DNA of 61,765 bases, counting the filler, from Isurus oxyrinchus (taxonomy: Eukaryota), in the NCBI GenBank assembly GCA_026770705.1. It is 3 parts of 3 records of this genome, joined end to end, with 100 filler letters (N's around TTAATTAATTAA, not from the genome) between each part and the next. Parts side by side here need not be neighbours in the genome. Positions count along the whole stretch, not along the records: positions 1 to 25,436 come from JANJGN010000242.1; 2 more parts are not named here. The stretch is one strand, 5' to 3'. Made by a program: the position numbers and the translations under genes. Under the pieces are notes generated by a model. That model had not been told where the DNA came from. It worked only from the letters and a program-made list of their open reading frames with translations, and searched no databases. This document shows, piece after piece, positions 12,658 to 25,536 of this stretch. The first letter of the stretch is position 1, and the number at the start of each line of letters is the position of its first letter.

Positions 12658-12945
12658 TGTAGTATCTGTACTGAGCTTTACAGTAATAGGTGGCGGTGTC
12701 CTCAACTCTCACATCCCGAATTTCAAGCGAAAATATCTTTCCTGCTTTATTCACCGACACAACAAATCTGCCCCTGCTGGAGATCCGCTCCCACTCTGTT
12801 CCGGTCCGGGTTTGTTTGAAGAAATTCCCACGCTCCAGAAAGACAACAGAGTATCCACGATACAAAATACAGGTGATGGTGAGAGACTGACACTCCTTCC
12901 TGGTCACCGCTGCCGGGATCTGCCTCACTGACTGACTGAAAGAGC
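12658..12945 (-). CDS. NAR-TCR (IgNAR-like) V exon, open frame, unrearranged
   Basis: SFSQSVRQIPAAVTRKECQSLTITCILYRGYSVVFLERGNFFKQTRTGTEWERISSRGRFVVSVNKAGKIFSLEIRDVRVEDTATYYCKAQYRYY. VNAR-type short FR2/CDR2 and extra FR1 Cys. RSS CACACTG, 22 bp, ACAAAAACT (12657-12620). Confidence 0.9.
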
Positions 12946-13093
12946 CTGGAAATTAAACAGAGAAAGTTTAATGGAGCATCAGAGCCGAACCACAAAACGG
13001 GATTAAAACCCCAGACAGTGTCTGTAATTGGGACGGACTCGGGCAGCTTTATATTGAATCCACACAATGTCGGTTTGTTTGACCGGTACTCAC

Positions 13094-13136
13094 AGGGTAA
13101 GCAGACAGACAGGGTGAAAACAAGAAGGATTCCCAT
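13094..13136 (-). CDS. NAR-TCR leader exon
   Basis: MGILLVFTLSVCLP, phase-1 donor GTGAGT, matching the acceptor at 12946-12947. Confidence 0.88.
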
Positions 13137-13160
13137 GGTTCTGCTGCCTGAAGCTGAGGG

Positions 13161-13171
13161 TTTATATGACG
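13161..13171 (-). promoter_or_regulatory. Putative TATA box with adjacent half-CRE
   Basis: Minus strand CGTCATATAAA about 25 bp above the ATG; conserved in the paralog near 7883-7893. Confidence 0.55.
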
Positions 13172-14859
13172 GGTAGCTGGAGACTGCAGCCATGGACTGC
13201 ACTGGCAGACCGGACCTCAGAGCTGGTCTGAAATACTTAGGGAGATCGAGTTGATTTGCACAGGGCCGTGTCGCTGAGATCATTGATGGGCCACACGGTC
13301 CCCGGGTCGCTGTCCATGTGTTGTGTGAATAAGAGACAGGTTTATAAAAGGAGGCTGCAATTTTCTGACTCTACATTTGGATTGTGGTCCGGATGTGAAG
13401 GCCCCTCCCACAATACTCTGGTGCACAGAGGTGGGGGAGGGGAGCTTTTCTTTCTGCCAGTTGTGCTGTCGCCTTCCTTTCCCCAAAGTAATGAACTGGG
13501 AGGGCTGTGTCTGTGTTTGTATGGGGTGGTGTTTGTTAAAGATAGAACGTGGGCCCAGGACAACAGGAGATTTCCCCCGCACCGCTCTTATCCCAATATT
13601 CCGGGCATTGTTGAACATCTCCCTGAACGGACTGCCGGGACCTCAGTTAGACTCCTGACCTGAAGGTCGGCGCCTCAGACCCGGCATTTTCCCTGGCCCA
13701 GCAACTGGGGGTCATCCAGTGACATTGCCAATATCTTGGCAGATGTACACAACATACCCAATCACTAAATGGGAGTTGGTTAGTTCAGTTAGCTGGATTG
13801 CGAGTTTGTGGTTCGCAATAATGCGAATTGAACGTGTTCTATTCACTTTATGGCTGAGAGAGGCTTAGGACCTGCCTACTCCTGCGAGTGGAAGGCAATG
13901 GTAAATCACCACAAACCACGCTGTCGAAAAAAAAAATCAATTCAGGAAGAAACAACTGCAGAAAATCGTCAGAGCACGCGTAAACGAATACAAAGAACAA
14001 ACCGTCCCTGCCATTTGGACAAAAGCTTCCTGCACAACTCCTGCGGTGGGTTACCTTTAAAATTTGGTGCTATTTCATTCATGTTTGATTTCCAGGTTGG
14101 GAAAGTGACTCCGAATGAAACAACATTCGGAAGGACAATCGACATTGGTGGAACCTTGTGCTTGTGGCTTGCTTTAAAGTTCGCAGTCACTACCTTCTGT
14201 TCTGACATCTGTTCATGGCGTATAATTATCTCTTACCCAGCAACAGCAACACCCGACTGAATAAACTCTGTGAGAAGGCCGATGTCAAAGACTTCATAAA
14301 CCTGACAGCGGACTTAGGGAAAATGCTGCGGAACGGAGAGGCCTTTAAAGGACTAAAGGGACGTTAAAAACCGCAGCAGATCGCCAAAATACGGCCGAGC
14401 GTACGTCACATAGACGTGGCCGATTATTTGAACTACAGTGGACAAAATCACAAATATTTTTGTATTTCGGAGCAATTGCTCACAGTTTCTTAATGGAAAT
14501 AAACAATGTCGTTTGAAGCTAATAATGAATGCTAAAACACAGTCTAAAATAAAATTTTAAATGTGTAGTACAGTGTAAACACATTTCATATGAATAGGGA
14601 TATGATCTAGAATAGTATTAAGAAAGACAGAGCCTGGTGTAATATAAATTGAGACAGGCCTGTGTCAGTAATCATTGAGGCAAGGCCTGGAGTAAAAAAG
14701 CTAGAGATGGCCTCGAATGTAACGTAAACAGGGGCTTGAGTTAGAATGGTCAGAACAAAGACAGGGCTGACTAAAAGCTAAACAGAGTCAAGAGTAGTGT
14801 CTTACGTTCCTCCTTCTGGTTCATCTCTTGATATTCAAATATGCTTGATAAGTTTTCTA

Positions 14860-16190
14860 AGTGTTCTAAGGTGAAGACAGATATAAAGCCCGTTCAACTT
14901 CTGCCATTTCCTTGTCCTCCATTATCAATTACACTATCATTAATAATCACAACCATGACACTTTCTAGAAGAACAACACTAGCTTTAATTATTCTTTTCC
15001 TATTTAAATACTTGTAGAAACTCTTGCTATCTGTTTTATATTATTATCCAGATTTCCTTCATGATTTCTTTCTCTCTTTTTCTTAATCATTCTTTGCTGC
15101 TTCTTAAAATTTAACCAATCTTCTGACCTGCCACTAAACTTTGCAGATTTGGACAATGTAACTTCCAATTTGATACTATCTTTAACTTACTTAATCAGTC
15201 ATGAATAATGCATCCATCTCAAACAGGGGCAAGTATTGGATGTGAGTGATTAAATATCTGCCACTTAAACACTACCATCCTAGCATTTAACCTCGTTTCC
15301 CAATTCCCTTTCTCGACATCTGCTTTCATACCCTTATAATTACCTTTATTCAGGTTTAAACGTTAGTCTTCGAATCACAATTCTGCCTTTCAAACTGAAC
15401 ATGCAATTCTATCGTGTTATGATCGCTGTCAGTTAGAGTGGCCTTTGCAGTCAGGTTATTGATTAATCCTGTCTCATGCTTATTATCATCTCGAAAATGG
15501 CCTGCACCCTGGTTGGCTCTAGAATGTACTGCACTAAAATATTGTCCATGAAATCATGTTCCAGATCACCCCTGCCGATCTGATTCGTTGAGATAGGTGT
15601 AGATTAAAGTCACCCATGATTATTGTTGTTCTTTCTGACACGACCCATTTATTTCTTCCTGTATATCCTGTCAGGCCATGTAACTAAAGTTAGCGTGCCA
15701 ATAGACTACTCCCACAAGTGACTTCTTATTTCATTATTTCTTATCTCTCCCCACCTGATTCCACATGTTAGTATTTGGAGCCCAGGACATATCTCACCAC
15801 TGTACCAATGAAAACTTCTATTAACAAAACTACCCCACCACATTTTCCTAGCTCCTTATGTTTTCGAAATGGAAAATACCTTTCAATATTTAGGTCCCAG
15901 CCTTTCTCATTCTGCAACAATGTCAGTGTAAGGGCTCTGGGGTCAGGTGTAGTTATTTCTATCCATTTTTTACGAATTCTCCACGCATTCAAATACTCTA
16001 ACTTTGTCTTTTTACCATTTCTGCTCACTCTGCTGGTGCACTCTTAAGTTTCTACTCTATGTCCATTTCTGTCACAGCCTTGAATTCATTATTCAAATCT
16101 CTATTCTGCTCTATTACCTTTCTGTTTCTGTTTGATTTAACATGCCTCCTCTCGCGAGATCCCTTTCCCCCAGTACATAGTTTAAACTCT
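14860..16190 (-). mobile_element. Degenerate CR1 LINE (endonuclease region)
   Basis: ORF 15768..16028 WDLNIERYFPFRK..ELGKCGGVVLLI is a CR1 APE-like motif. Confidence 0.7.
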
Positions 16191-18073
16191 CTCTGTCACT
16201 CTACTTATAGTGCTCGCTAGAACAATGGATATAATAACAAGTGAGGCAAGCTCTGGTTTAATACCAACAGAGAAATTACACAATGCAGCAATAAGTGAGC
16301 ATTGTTTAATTCTTGAATCACCGGTAGCAGCCAGGCACTGAGCTGATGCACCATTGCAGGCGTCACTCGCCTGTACAGCAAAATTGCTCAGATTATCCTT
16401 CCATTCAATCACATCCATTTTCCTGCACCGCAAGTGTCTGCTTTATTTGAACCTGCTGGTTGATTTTATAGTGTCTCTCTGTTAATTTTTCGCTGTTTCC
16501 CAATATTTTCACCAGCGTTCATCCCCAATTTCCTTACCAAAATCCACATAATTCACTAATTAACATATTTCCTGGTGACACTGAGGAGTCCAAAGTCTGT
16601 GTGTGCGTCCCTCAACTTCACTCATTGGTAGCTTCTCTTCTGCGTTTCAATTATACAGAGTAATGATGATCCCTTTATCGCAGCTCACTGCACCAAGAGT
16701 CATTTTAATGGCAGAATAGCAAATATCTGCTATTTACTTTCTGTGTCTTTATATTTATAAATATATCACTGCATCAATATCCTTTTCCTGTTCCCTCTCT
16801 TTATCACTAGTTGTCCTCAGTCTCAGATTTATTTACCTCACTCTATTAATGTCTTTCGCCACACTCAGTGTATTCAATCTCACCTTTATCTATGTCCATT
16901 TCCTAATGCCTCTCTGCATATGCTCATCTTTATCAAACACCCGATGTTAGTGTTTCTCTGTCTCGTACTTAATCTCAACTTAGTCTACATTCTGCATTGT
17001 GTATGTGTCTCAAACTTTCCAGACAGACACTGAGCTAATATATAGACGAGTTCCACATTCACGTGTCACAGACCCATGGTTCAAATCTTTAATCAGGGAG
17101 ACTATGCAGCAAGGAATGAAATCACTGTGCGATTTCAACGCCCGTCTTCCCAGGCGAATCTCTCAGGTATTTAACTATTCAGAGCAGATAGGGATATGGC
17201 TGATTCACTGAGGAGAGCCTCACTCTGCTACACAGGCAAGAATTGCAGGTCTTTAACCATTGAGGCCACGCAGGCACTGAGCAGGCATATTGACTTCGGT
17301 GGTGGTGGTGGTGGCAGTCGTGGAAGGAAGCAGCTCAATCACTATCACAGGAACCTTGTTGAGGTTTTAAGCATTGAGTACATACATTGAGATAGGACTG
17401 ATCCATCGTGGGGCAGGAGTCACTTACTTGCACAAGTACGTTGTTCAGATCTTTCTTTCAATAATCTCATTGCAATATTCAATAATTTTAAACCCACTCT
17501 TTCCTTTTTTGTTTCCTGACTGGATTTTTAAATCTATATTTATTTACACCTTTTCTGCTTTCATTTCTGCTTCTTTTCCACCATCTCCACTATCCCCTTT
17601 ACGATCTACAGATTATCTGCTGCCAGTGTCTGGGAAATTCTGCATGCATCACTAACTTGGCTGGACTTCAAATGAAGAGCTGAGTGTGGGCGGTTGGCAA
17701 TCATTATATAGAAGAGCAGTAAATGTTTTGCATCATTCATCTGAAGGACTGGAAGACTTCCTAAGTGCATATATTTATGTGCAAACATTGGGGACGAGTG
17801 AAAAGGGAAAAGATGCATAGAAAGGTCATCCAAAGACAAAGCGGAAGTTAAGGTGCAGAGTTGAAATTGGGAAGGTTTCTTATTGCAAATAACAATCATC
17901 CACCAATATAATCAAACAAGTCAAACTCAAGAGTTGTTTTGTATGTTTGCTCCTTTAAGCAAGCTCCCTCTGAATCTTAGAGTGGAGGGTGATAATTTGT
18001 CTTTTTTTAGCTATGGGAGAACCCTTTGCTGAGAACTAACTGACCCTCACAGTGTGGAATATTGTCTGAGATT

Positions 18074-18370
18074 CACTGTATCGCTGCCACAGCCTGGCAC
18101 TCATGGCACAGAAATACACAGCGGAATGGCAGATCAGGACCTGAGCTCCATTAGACTGATCGTTGCCTCAAAAGTAGAAGAGAAACACACAATGATGTCG
18201 GTCTTCTTGCGCATATTTACACAGATAAGGTGAACCAGGAGGCGTGGATCCGGGCATCTGACTGTGCCAGAACATATAATGGTTAGGGAGACTTATTTTC
18301 AAGTTGCAGATCAGTGTGATGTTAGTTCCCTCATTGTCTAACGTTTCAGTTCCCGACTCAGCCACTGCGC
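18074..18370 (-). pseudogene. Degenerate TCR alpha/delta-type V pseudogene
   Basis: EGTNITLICNLKISLPNHYMFWHSQMPGS...; after frameshifts SAVYFCAMS, then degenerate heptamer TACAGTG (18080-18074). Confidence 0.7.
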
Positions 18371-19124
18371 CTTGTCGTGCATAAACATAACGTAAAGTAG
18401 TTGGGATAGATGTCATTATTATCGGGATCGACATCACCATCATCTCAATTAGCATAATCATCAACAGCGCCACTTCACAAATAATATCAAGTGGGTAACA
18501 GCAATCAGGGGGAGAACAGACTTTTATCTGGGAAGGGAATACTTACTAAGAAGTGATATAATAGTGACGAACGATATGATGTACTTCCACTTGAGGCTTT
18601 CTGAGTCCGTAACTCTGCAGTCCATCAAATCCTCTGTCGGAACTGAAATGTCGATCCTCAGCTCCTGTGTTGCTGATCCAATGAACGTTAAACAGGAAAG
18701 AGCAGCAACCATCTCTCCAATAAAACAGGGAAGACAAAGAAGGCCAGAGTGAGAGAATCAAACGGAATCTGTGGGCAAGGCCATGCTAATTCACCCACAG
18801 GAAATCATTTACGTTTGCCTCTCTTTACGGAATGCATTACATTCACATTTATTTCAAATCTATGGTAACCAGACTCAAATGAATGAAATATAAGTATTAT
18901 TTTAAAGTTACTGATACCTTCATGGTTGAAATCGCTTAAAGCAAGAGGCTGAACCTATCAGTGGGGAATAGCAAAACTGGGCATCCCATCCCAATGTACT
19001 GGAGCCAAACTGTTCATTAACACTGAAATAACCTTCTCCATGATAGGTCTGTTAGGAAGCGTTATAGTAATGAGCATAAATATGAGATCAAAAGCATTTC
19101 ACCTGAAGTAATAATCAGAGAATT

Positions 19125-19350
19125 GTCTATTGGTATCGAAATATAACAGATGCTGGGAATCCACTACTTGATGAGCCACCTAGTGGCCACTAGAATGAAG
19201 TTTATTTCAGAACTAATTTCAGAGAACGCAGTCACGGTACAAGTTGCCCAGAAACCGTTCACACGAGGACTCAGCACAGAGTCGAACACAGCTCTGTCAG
19301 TGAGCTGCAGCCCAGTCAAGGTGAAAGCAGTGTATTATTGGGTGTTTCGA
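19125..19350 (+). pseudogene. Possible highly decayed V relic
   Basis: VYWYR near 19125 and AVYYW near 19327 at roughly V-domain spacing; no RSS recognised. Confidence 0.35.
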
Positions 19351-19676
19351 GGACGACTGCAAAACGAACCTCAACGCAGTTCTTTCCATAAGAATTTGCC
19401 TGAATTATGATGTGGGGGTCGTGATCTGGTGCTGACAATAAAGCTGCACGAAATAGCTATGTTCAGAAGTTGAATAAATACAATTGGTGCTCATCGAGAT
19501 TACTTCGAGGTTTTGGGCTTCTGTTTGCTCCTGCCCAACTGAATCTCCAGAACTCGCTCCTGCAAAAAATGTCTCCTGGTTAACTGTGGAGGTAGATAGG
19601 TAAATAGATAGATATTCATGTTTGCTTGGATGGGGCAATGATGGAACGAATGGATAGTTGGATAAATGAATGTTTT

Positions 19677-19850
19677 NNNNNNNNNNNNNNNNNNNNNNNN
19701 NNNNNNNNNNNNNNNNNNNNNNNNNNNNNNNNNNNNNNNNNNNNNNNNNNNNNNNNNNNNNNNNNNNNNNNNNNNNNNNNNNNNNNNNNNNNNNNNNNNN
19801 NNNNNNNNNNNNNNNNNNNNNNNNNNNNNNNNNNNNNNNNNNNNNNNNNN
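19677..19850. other. Sized assembly gap within a GGAT/GATA microsatellite
   Basis: N run flanked by simple repeat. Confidence 0.95.
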
Positions 19851-20959
19851 TAGACGGATGGACAGATAGATAGATGGATGGACCGATCTGAAAAATGCTG
19901 TCCCACGTTTTCAGCTTTACGATTGATTACTTCATAACTTGCAGGATGTCCTTTATTCAATTTGTGTCGGTCCGGTACTTTCAGCCCTTCCTGATTTCCT
20001 GGATCATTTCAATCCCTTGGCTGTCGAGAACTGACGAGCTACATGTCACCAAGTGCAATCTCGAAGTCCTTGTGGTACTGATGATCCTTCTCCAGAGATG
20101 ATGAATCTTCATCTGAAAGATAGAACCCGTTTTCATGACTCGGATGAGAAAGGATGATTGCAATAGTTGCAATGTGCAGCCTTTTCAAGGGCAACAAAGC
20201 ACACGATGTATCCTCGGTCAAATTACTTCAACCACAGCAGAAGCATAGCAGATCATTTGATAGATTTGTTTCCCATTTCCTTGGTAATTTCTTGCTGCTC
20301 TGTGATACTGCTGCAGTCACACCACTCTAAATGCCTGGAGGGGTGGGGGTCGGTGGGGGTGGGGGGCGGAGGTGTGGTGTGGTGGGGGCGGGTGGAGTGC
20401 ATGAGCTGTGACATTTTTCCAGCAATATATTCATTGAAAATCGTTGTCACAATGGAATATATCTGATGGGTATTACACATTGTTGTCTCAAGTTCGAAAG
20501 CTCTTAACTGCTTTAAACACATTCCCCAGAGTATTTCCATTCAGTGCATTCATTTGGGAATCGATTATTCACGTGTTGGATGGGTGGGGTCAGTGCTTCA
20601 ATGAGATATGCTCAGGGTCACCGTGAGGGAGATTCCTGGTTACAGTGTACATCAGCTGGACAGAGCTGAGTCGGTGAAGTAGCTGAAGTGATTTGAATCA
20701 CCATTTCGGACATTAATATAGGTTCAATGCTCTATGGAATAATACAAATCCAAACTTCTGCTTTTCACATTGTTGCACTTCTGCTGTGAGGCTTGTTTAG
20801 GGGTGGGGTGGGGGGGGGGGGGTGGACTTGACGTGATGATATAAAGTCTCCAACAAGTCAATGTGGGAATGTTCAGTAAATACTTTTCCACACAAATTTC
20901 TGCTCTGAATTTATACCTTGACACCATTTCCGAATGTTTGAAGGGTTTTTACAGACATT

Positions 20960-21390
20960 CATTGGCTGTGGGCATCGCCGGATGGGCCAGAATTTCTTGA
21001 CTAACACTTGTCGCTCTTTGGTGAGCTGCCTTCTTGAACCACTGCCGTCCATCTGGTGTAGGTATACTGCTAGAGAGGGAGTTCCAGGATTTTGACTCAG
21101 CAGCATTGAAGGAACGACAATATATTTCCAAGTGAGTGACTTGCAGGGAACATCCAGGTGTTGTTGTTCCCATCTAACTGCTGCCCTTAACGTTTTAGAT
21201 GGCAATGGTTGAGGGTTTGGAAGGTGCTGTCTAAGGAGCCTTGGTGAATCCCTGCAGTATATCTTGTAAATGTACACACTGCTGTTGCTGTGCATCGGTG
21301 GTGGAGGGGTGAATGTTTGTGGATGGGGTACCAATCAAGCGGGCTGCTTTGTCCTGGATGGTATCAAGCTTCTTGAGTGTTGTTGGAGCT
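20960..21390 (-). mobile_element. L2/CR1-like LINE 3' fragment (same family on + strand at ~48410-48885)
   Basis: Both locations share TWK.I..PS...SQN and DGSGSRRQLT/DCSGSRRQLT translations. Confidence 0.65.
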
Positions 21391-22044
21391 GCGCCAACAA
21401 GTGCAGCAAAATGAACTATAAATATTGTTATTAATATAACAATTTTTCGGCAAACGGCGCTGAGTTACTGGATACGTGGTTGATCTTCCGTTATTTTGCA
21501 AGAGGATCTCTCCCAATACCTAGGACTACCAATCTAGTCGCTGATCGCTGCCATTCATGTTCAATGGACCACTATCAGGAGCAACCTTCTGTTCTCCAGC
21601 TAACTGAAGCAGTGACAGATGAATGGAGAGACAATTACAGATCCAAAGGTATTCCCAGGCTGTCATATTGCAAAACAAATGATATTTCTGAATATTTTCT
21701 GCCTTTATCGTTTTTAAGAAATATTATATGCGCTCATTCCATTCATGGTTTGATCTATTGATAGTTCCAAACCTTCAACTTTCCGATACAACCAATTGCT
21801 TGCAAGCGAATGATATCTCTCACTCGATAAAAGAGTCTCAATCCTTTCACCACTCCTGAGATATCGATGTTTCACAATCTATCAATGATCGCCAATTGTG
21901 TAATGATTTAAGGTCCAATGCATATTCTTCTGTTTAAGGAAATGACCCAGTCTGTCCAGAAATCCTTTCAATTACTGTGAATTTCAGGCTAACCTACAAA
22001 ATGGTTGGGCCTTAGTGTACAGTTCACACAATAGCACAGCTAAT

Positions 22045-22890
22045 CTAGAACAAAAACAAAAATACCTGGACAAACTCAGCAGGTCTGATAGCATTTGCAG
22101 AGAGAGAGAGACAGATAACTTTTCGAGTGTGAATGACTCTTCATCAGAACTAAGGAAAAATGGAAAAGAGGTAAAACATAAGCTGGTTGAAGGTGGGGTG
22201 GGACAGGTAGAGCTGGATGGAGGGCCAGTGATAGGTGGAGATTGCCAAAGGATGTCATAGACAAAAGGACAAAGAGGTGTTGCCGGTGGTGATATTAGCT
22301 AAGAAATGTGCTAATGGGGACATGAAGGGTAGAAAGCAGGACAAGCTGGGGACAGATAGCCCTAGTGGGGGTGGGGTGTGGGGGGTGGGGGGGGGGCGGG
22401 ATCGAAATAGGCTAAAAGGTAGAGATAAAACAATGGATGGAAATACATTTAAAATAATGCAAATAGGTGGGAAAAGAAATGTATGTATAAATTATTGGAA
22501 AAAGGGAGATCGGAAAGGGGCTGGGGATGGAGGACAGAGTTCATGATCTAAAGTTGTTGAACTCAATATTCAGTCATCTTCTGACTAGGTACTTTACAGG
22601 CTTCTGGACTGAATATTGAGCTCAATATCTTTAGAGCATGAAATCTGTCCTCCACCCCCAGCCCCTTTCCAATCCCCCTTTTTCCAATAATTTATACATA
22701 TATTTGTTTTCCCACCTATTTCCATTATTTTAAATGTATTTCCATCCATTGTTTTATCTCTACCTTTTAGCCTATTTCGATTCCCCCCACCCCACCCCTC
22801 TCCCATCTGTTCCTTGATAGTCCTGCTTTCTGCCCTTACTGTCCCCAGTAGCACATTTCTTAGCTAATTTCACCACCGTCAACACCTCTT
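22045..22890. mobile_element. Penelope-like terminal fragments forming an inverted repeat
   Basis: ~22265-22575 is the reverse complement of ~22605-22890 (near-identical ORFs on opposite strands); similar to 58071-58600. Confidence 0.8.
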
Positions 22891-23589
22891 TAGCATTTCA
22901 CTTGCCCTTTGTACACTTAGCTCATTTGATAATTTTAATCTTGCAGCCTATCCCTCTCTAATTTAATTAAACCAGTCAGAACCAGGCAGAACCATTCACA
23001 CACACATACATAAGCCTACTTTACAATACCCCACAATAATGTTATGAAAAACATGATAGTTTCATGACATCTCGAGCCTTATGGAAAAATGAACCATGAT
23101 AATTTTAAAAGACGGTTTCATTCTCTCAACCTATCTTACATTATTTACTATATTTATCTAGAAACACAAGCTATTACATTACCGGGTGCACGCATTAATA
23201 TAAAACTATACACATTTTTTGTATCAGCAAAATGTCAATGTTTCAAATATCCAATTTCCTTTGAAATTTAACCTGTCAACAATGCATCAGCAATTATTTT
23301 TCCTTGTACCGCCACATGTATAATCTATAAAGTAAACAGTTACATTAAAAACCTTGACGTGAACTGTCTCGCATTTCGGTCTTGACATTTGTCCAGAAAT
23401 TTCAAATGATTGTCGTCTGTATACATAATTGTTTCTGACGATTTGTTTACAACATGAACCTTAAAATTCTGCAACGTTCACTAGACTTCGAGTCTCTTTT
23501 TCGGTGGTTGAGTTTGTTTTTCTGATAACATTCAATGTCCGTGAAAAACGTCCTGTCGACTTCTCCGTTCCAGATGCATCTTGTATTAG

Positions 23590-24160
23590 TAGATTTCAGA
23601 AAGTGAAGGGTAGAGCTTAAGAAAGCAATTAGGAGAGCAAAGAGGGGATATGAGAAAGCTCTGGCTGGTAAACGTAGGGAAAATCCCAAGACAGTCTATA
23701 AGTGTATCAATGGGAAGAGGATAACCAAGGATAGATTAGGACCCATTAGGGACCAAGGGGGAAATCTATGGGTGGGGCCAGAGGACATCGCTAGATTGTT
23801 GAATACTTCACATCCATCCTCACCCAGGAGAATGAGGATGAAGGTATGGAACTCGGGGAGAGACTGCGAGGTTTTTAAGCAAATTGATATAGGGAGTGAT
23901 AAAGTTTTGAAGGAGTTGGTAGGCTTCAAAACGGACAAATCTCCAGGCCTGGCTGATGTTGGTCCCAGACCGCTGAGGGAGACAAGATGCAGGAGATCTG
24001 AACCGAGTTTTCAATTCCTCTCTGGCCACGGGGGAGGTGCCAGAGGACTGGAGAACAGCAAATGTGGTTCCGCTTTTAAGAAGGGCTATAAAGATAAGCC
24101 AGGGAACTACAGACCAGTGAGTCTCACATCAGTGGTAGGGAAACAATTGGAGAAAAATCA
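23590..24160 (+). mobile_element. CR1 LINE ORF2 internal fragment
   Basis: KKGYKDKPGNYRPVSLTSVVGKQLE. Confidence 0.9.
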
Positions 24161-24189
24161 CTTGCAACCACTGCCAACTTAAACTGCTT

Positions 24190-25436
24190 GGCATAATTAG
24201 GGACTGCCAAAACTGGTGTCTTCATCAGCACTGTTTTTAAACTGTCAAAGGCATTCTGACAACTATTACACATTGCAAGGGTTCAATTTATTATAAGTGA
24301 TGATATAGCTGGGTCACAGAAGTTGGTGATGCCTGCTATAGTTGACTAGCCTGTGAAGGTGCATTCAACAGAGAATGTGCCCGTTGAAACTTGCTTTATT
24401 TAATACTTCAGTCATTGGAGAAAGGACACTGCTACTATTTGGTGCAAACTTCCAGTAAAATCCACACATGCCCTGAAATCTCATAATTTCTCGTTTTCTT
24501 GTAGACACTGGGAGATTCGCGATGGCTTTTATTTTTACATCTCTTGGAGCAACCTGACTATGTCCAATGGTATGGCCTAGATATATAACATGCACTTTTG
24601 TAGATTCACTCTTAGCCAAGTTCACCATCGAATTAGCTTTTTGTAGTGAATCAAACAGTTCTTCCAAATGTTGTAAATGCTCTCCCAAGTTTGACTGAAA
24701 ACTACCAAGTCATCAATATAAACAGTACAATTGCTCAGGCCTGAAATTACTTTGTTTGTCAGTCTTTTAAATGTTGCTGGTGCATTCTTCATACCAATTG
24801 GAATAACCTGAAACTAAAATAGTCCATCTAGTGTCACAAAAGCTGATATCTCTTTGGTCTGACTGATAATGGTACTTACCAATATCCTTGCAGCAAGTCA
24901 ATCTTTGTGATAAACTCTGATTGTCCCATTCTCTCAGTACAATTTTCCAAGTGTGGAATAGAATATCAATCTGCTCTTGTCACCGCATTCACTTTTCGAC
25001 GATCAATACACAGTCTTTAAGTTGCGACTGAGGCCAAAAATTTTCTTCTCCTTTTGCCTGAGTTTTCCTCATTCTTAAATGGCATGGTATTGGAATTTCA
25101 TCAGCTACTCTAAATATTTCATTTCTGTATCCAGATGGTATAACTGTTTGATGTACTACTTCACATTTCTCATTTGCTGAAACATAAGGCGGCCTCCACC
25201 TCCTCATTAGCACATTATCTTTAAGTGAATAAAATTCTGGAATACATTCTGCTTCTGCTTACGAATAAGCTTTTTGGTATAACTTTTTTATTTGCGAATA
25301 TATATGCTGTAACTGAACTAAAATTTCCCCCTCATTCTGTTCAATCACCTCTTCATGCAGAACTTTTTCAATGACTGATCCAGCTAACTGAATGTCAGCA
25401 TCTTTTCCCTGCCTTTTACATTCTTCCTCTTCCTAT
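24190..25436 (-). mobile_element. Ty3/Gypsy pol relic (integrase Zn-finger region upstream of RT)
   Basis: RT motifs RLCID.RKVNAVT, KIDLLQGYW, YIDD, YLGHTIG; upstream VIPSGYRNEIFRVADEIPIPCHLRMRKT..FWP. Confidence 0.85.
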
Positions 25437-25536
25437 NNNNNNNNNNNNNNNNNNNNNNNNNNNNNNNNNNNNNNNNNNNNTTAATTAATTAANNNNNNNN
25501 NNNNNNNNNNNNNNNNNNNNNNNNNNNNNNNNNNNN
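25437..25536. other. Artificial 100-bp contig linker
   Basis: 44 N + TTAATTAATTAA (stops in all six frames) + 44 N. Confidence 0.95.

Noticed and set aside
19960-20120. Possible minus-strand V relic (acceptor-like site, LVTCS)
   Set aside because: No conserved Trp, YYC or RSS.
25481-25492. TTAATTAATTAA palindrome as a biological site (also 50492-50503)
   Set aside because: Centred in symmetric N runs totalling 100 bp; a synthetic six-frame-stop linker.
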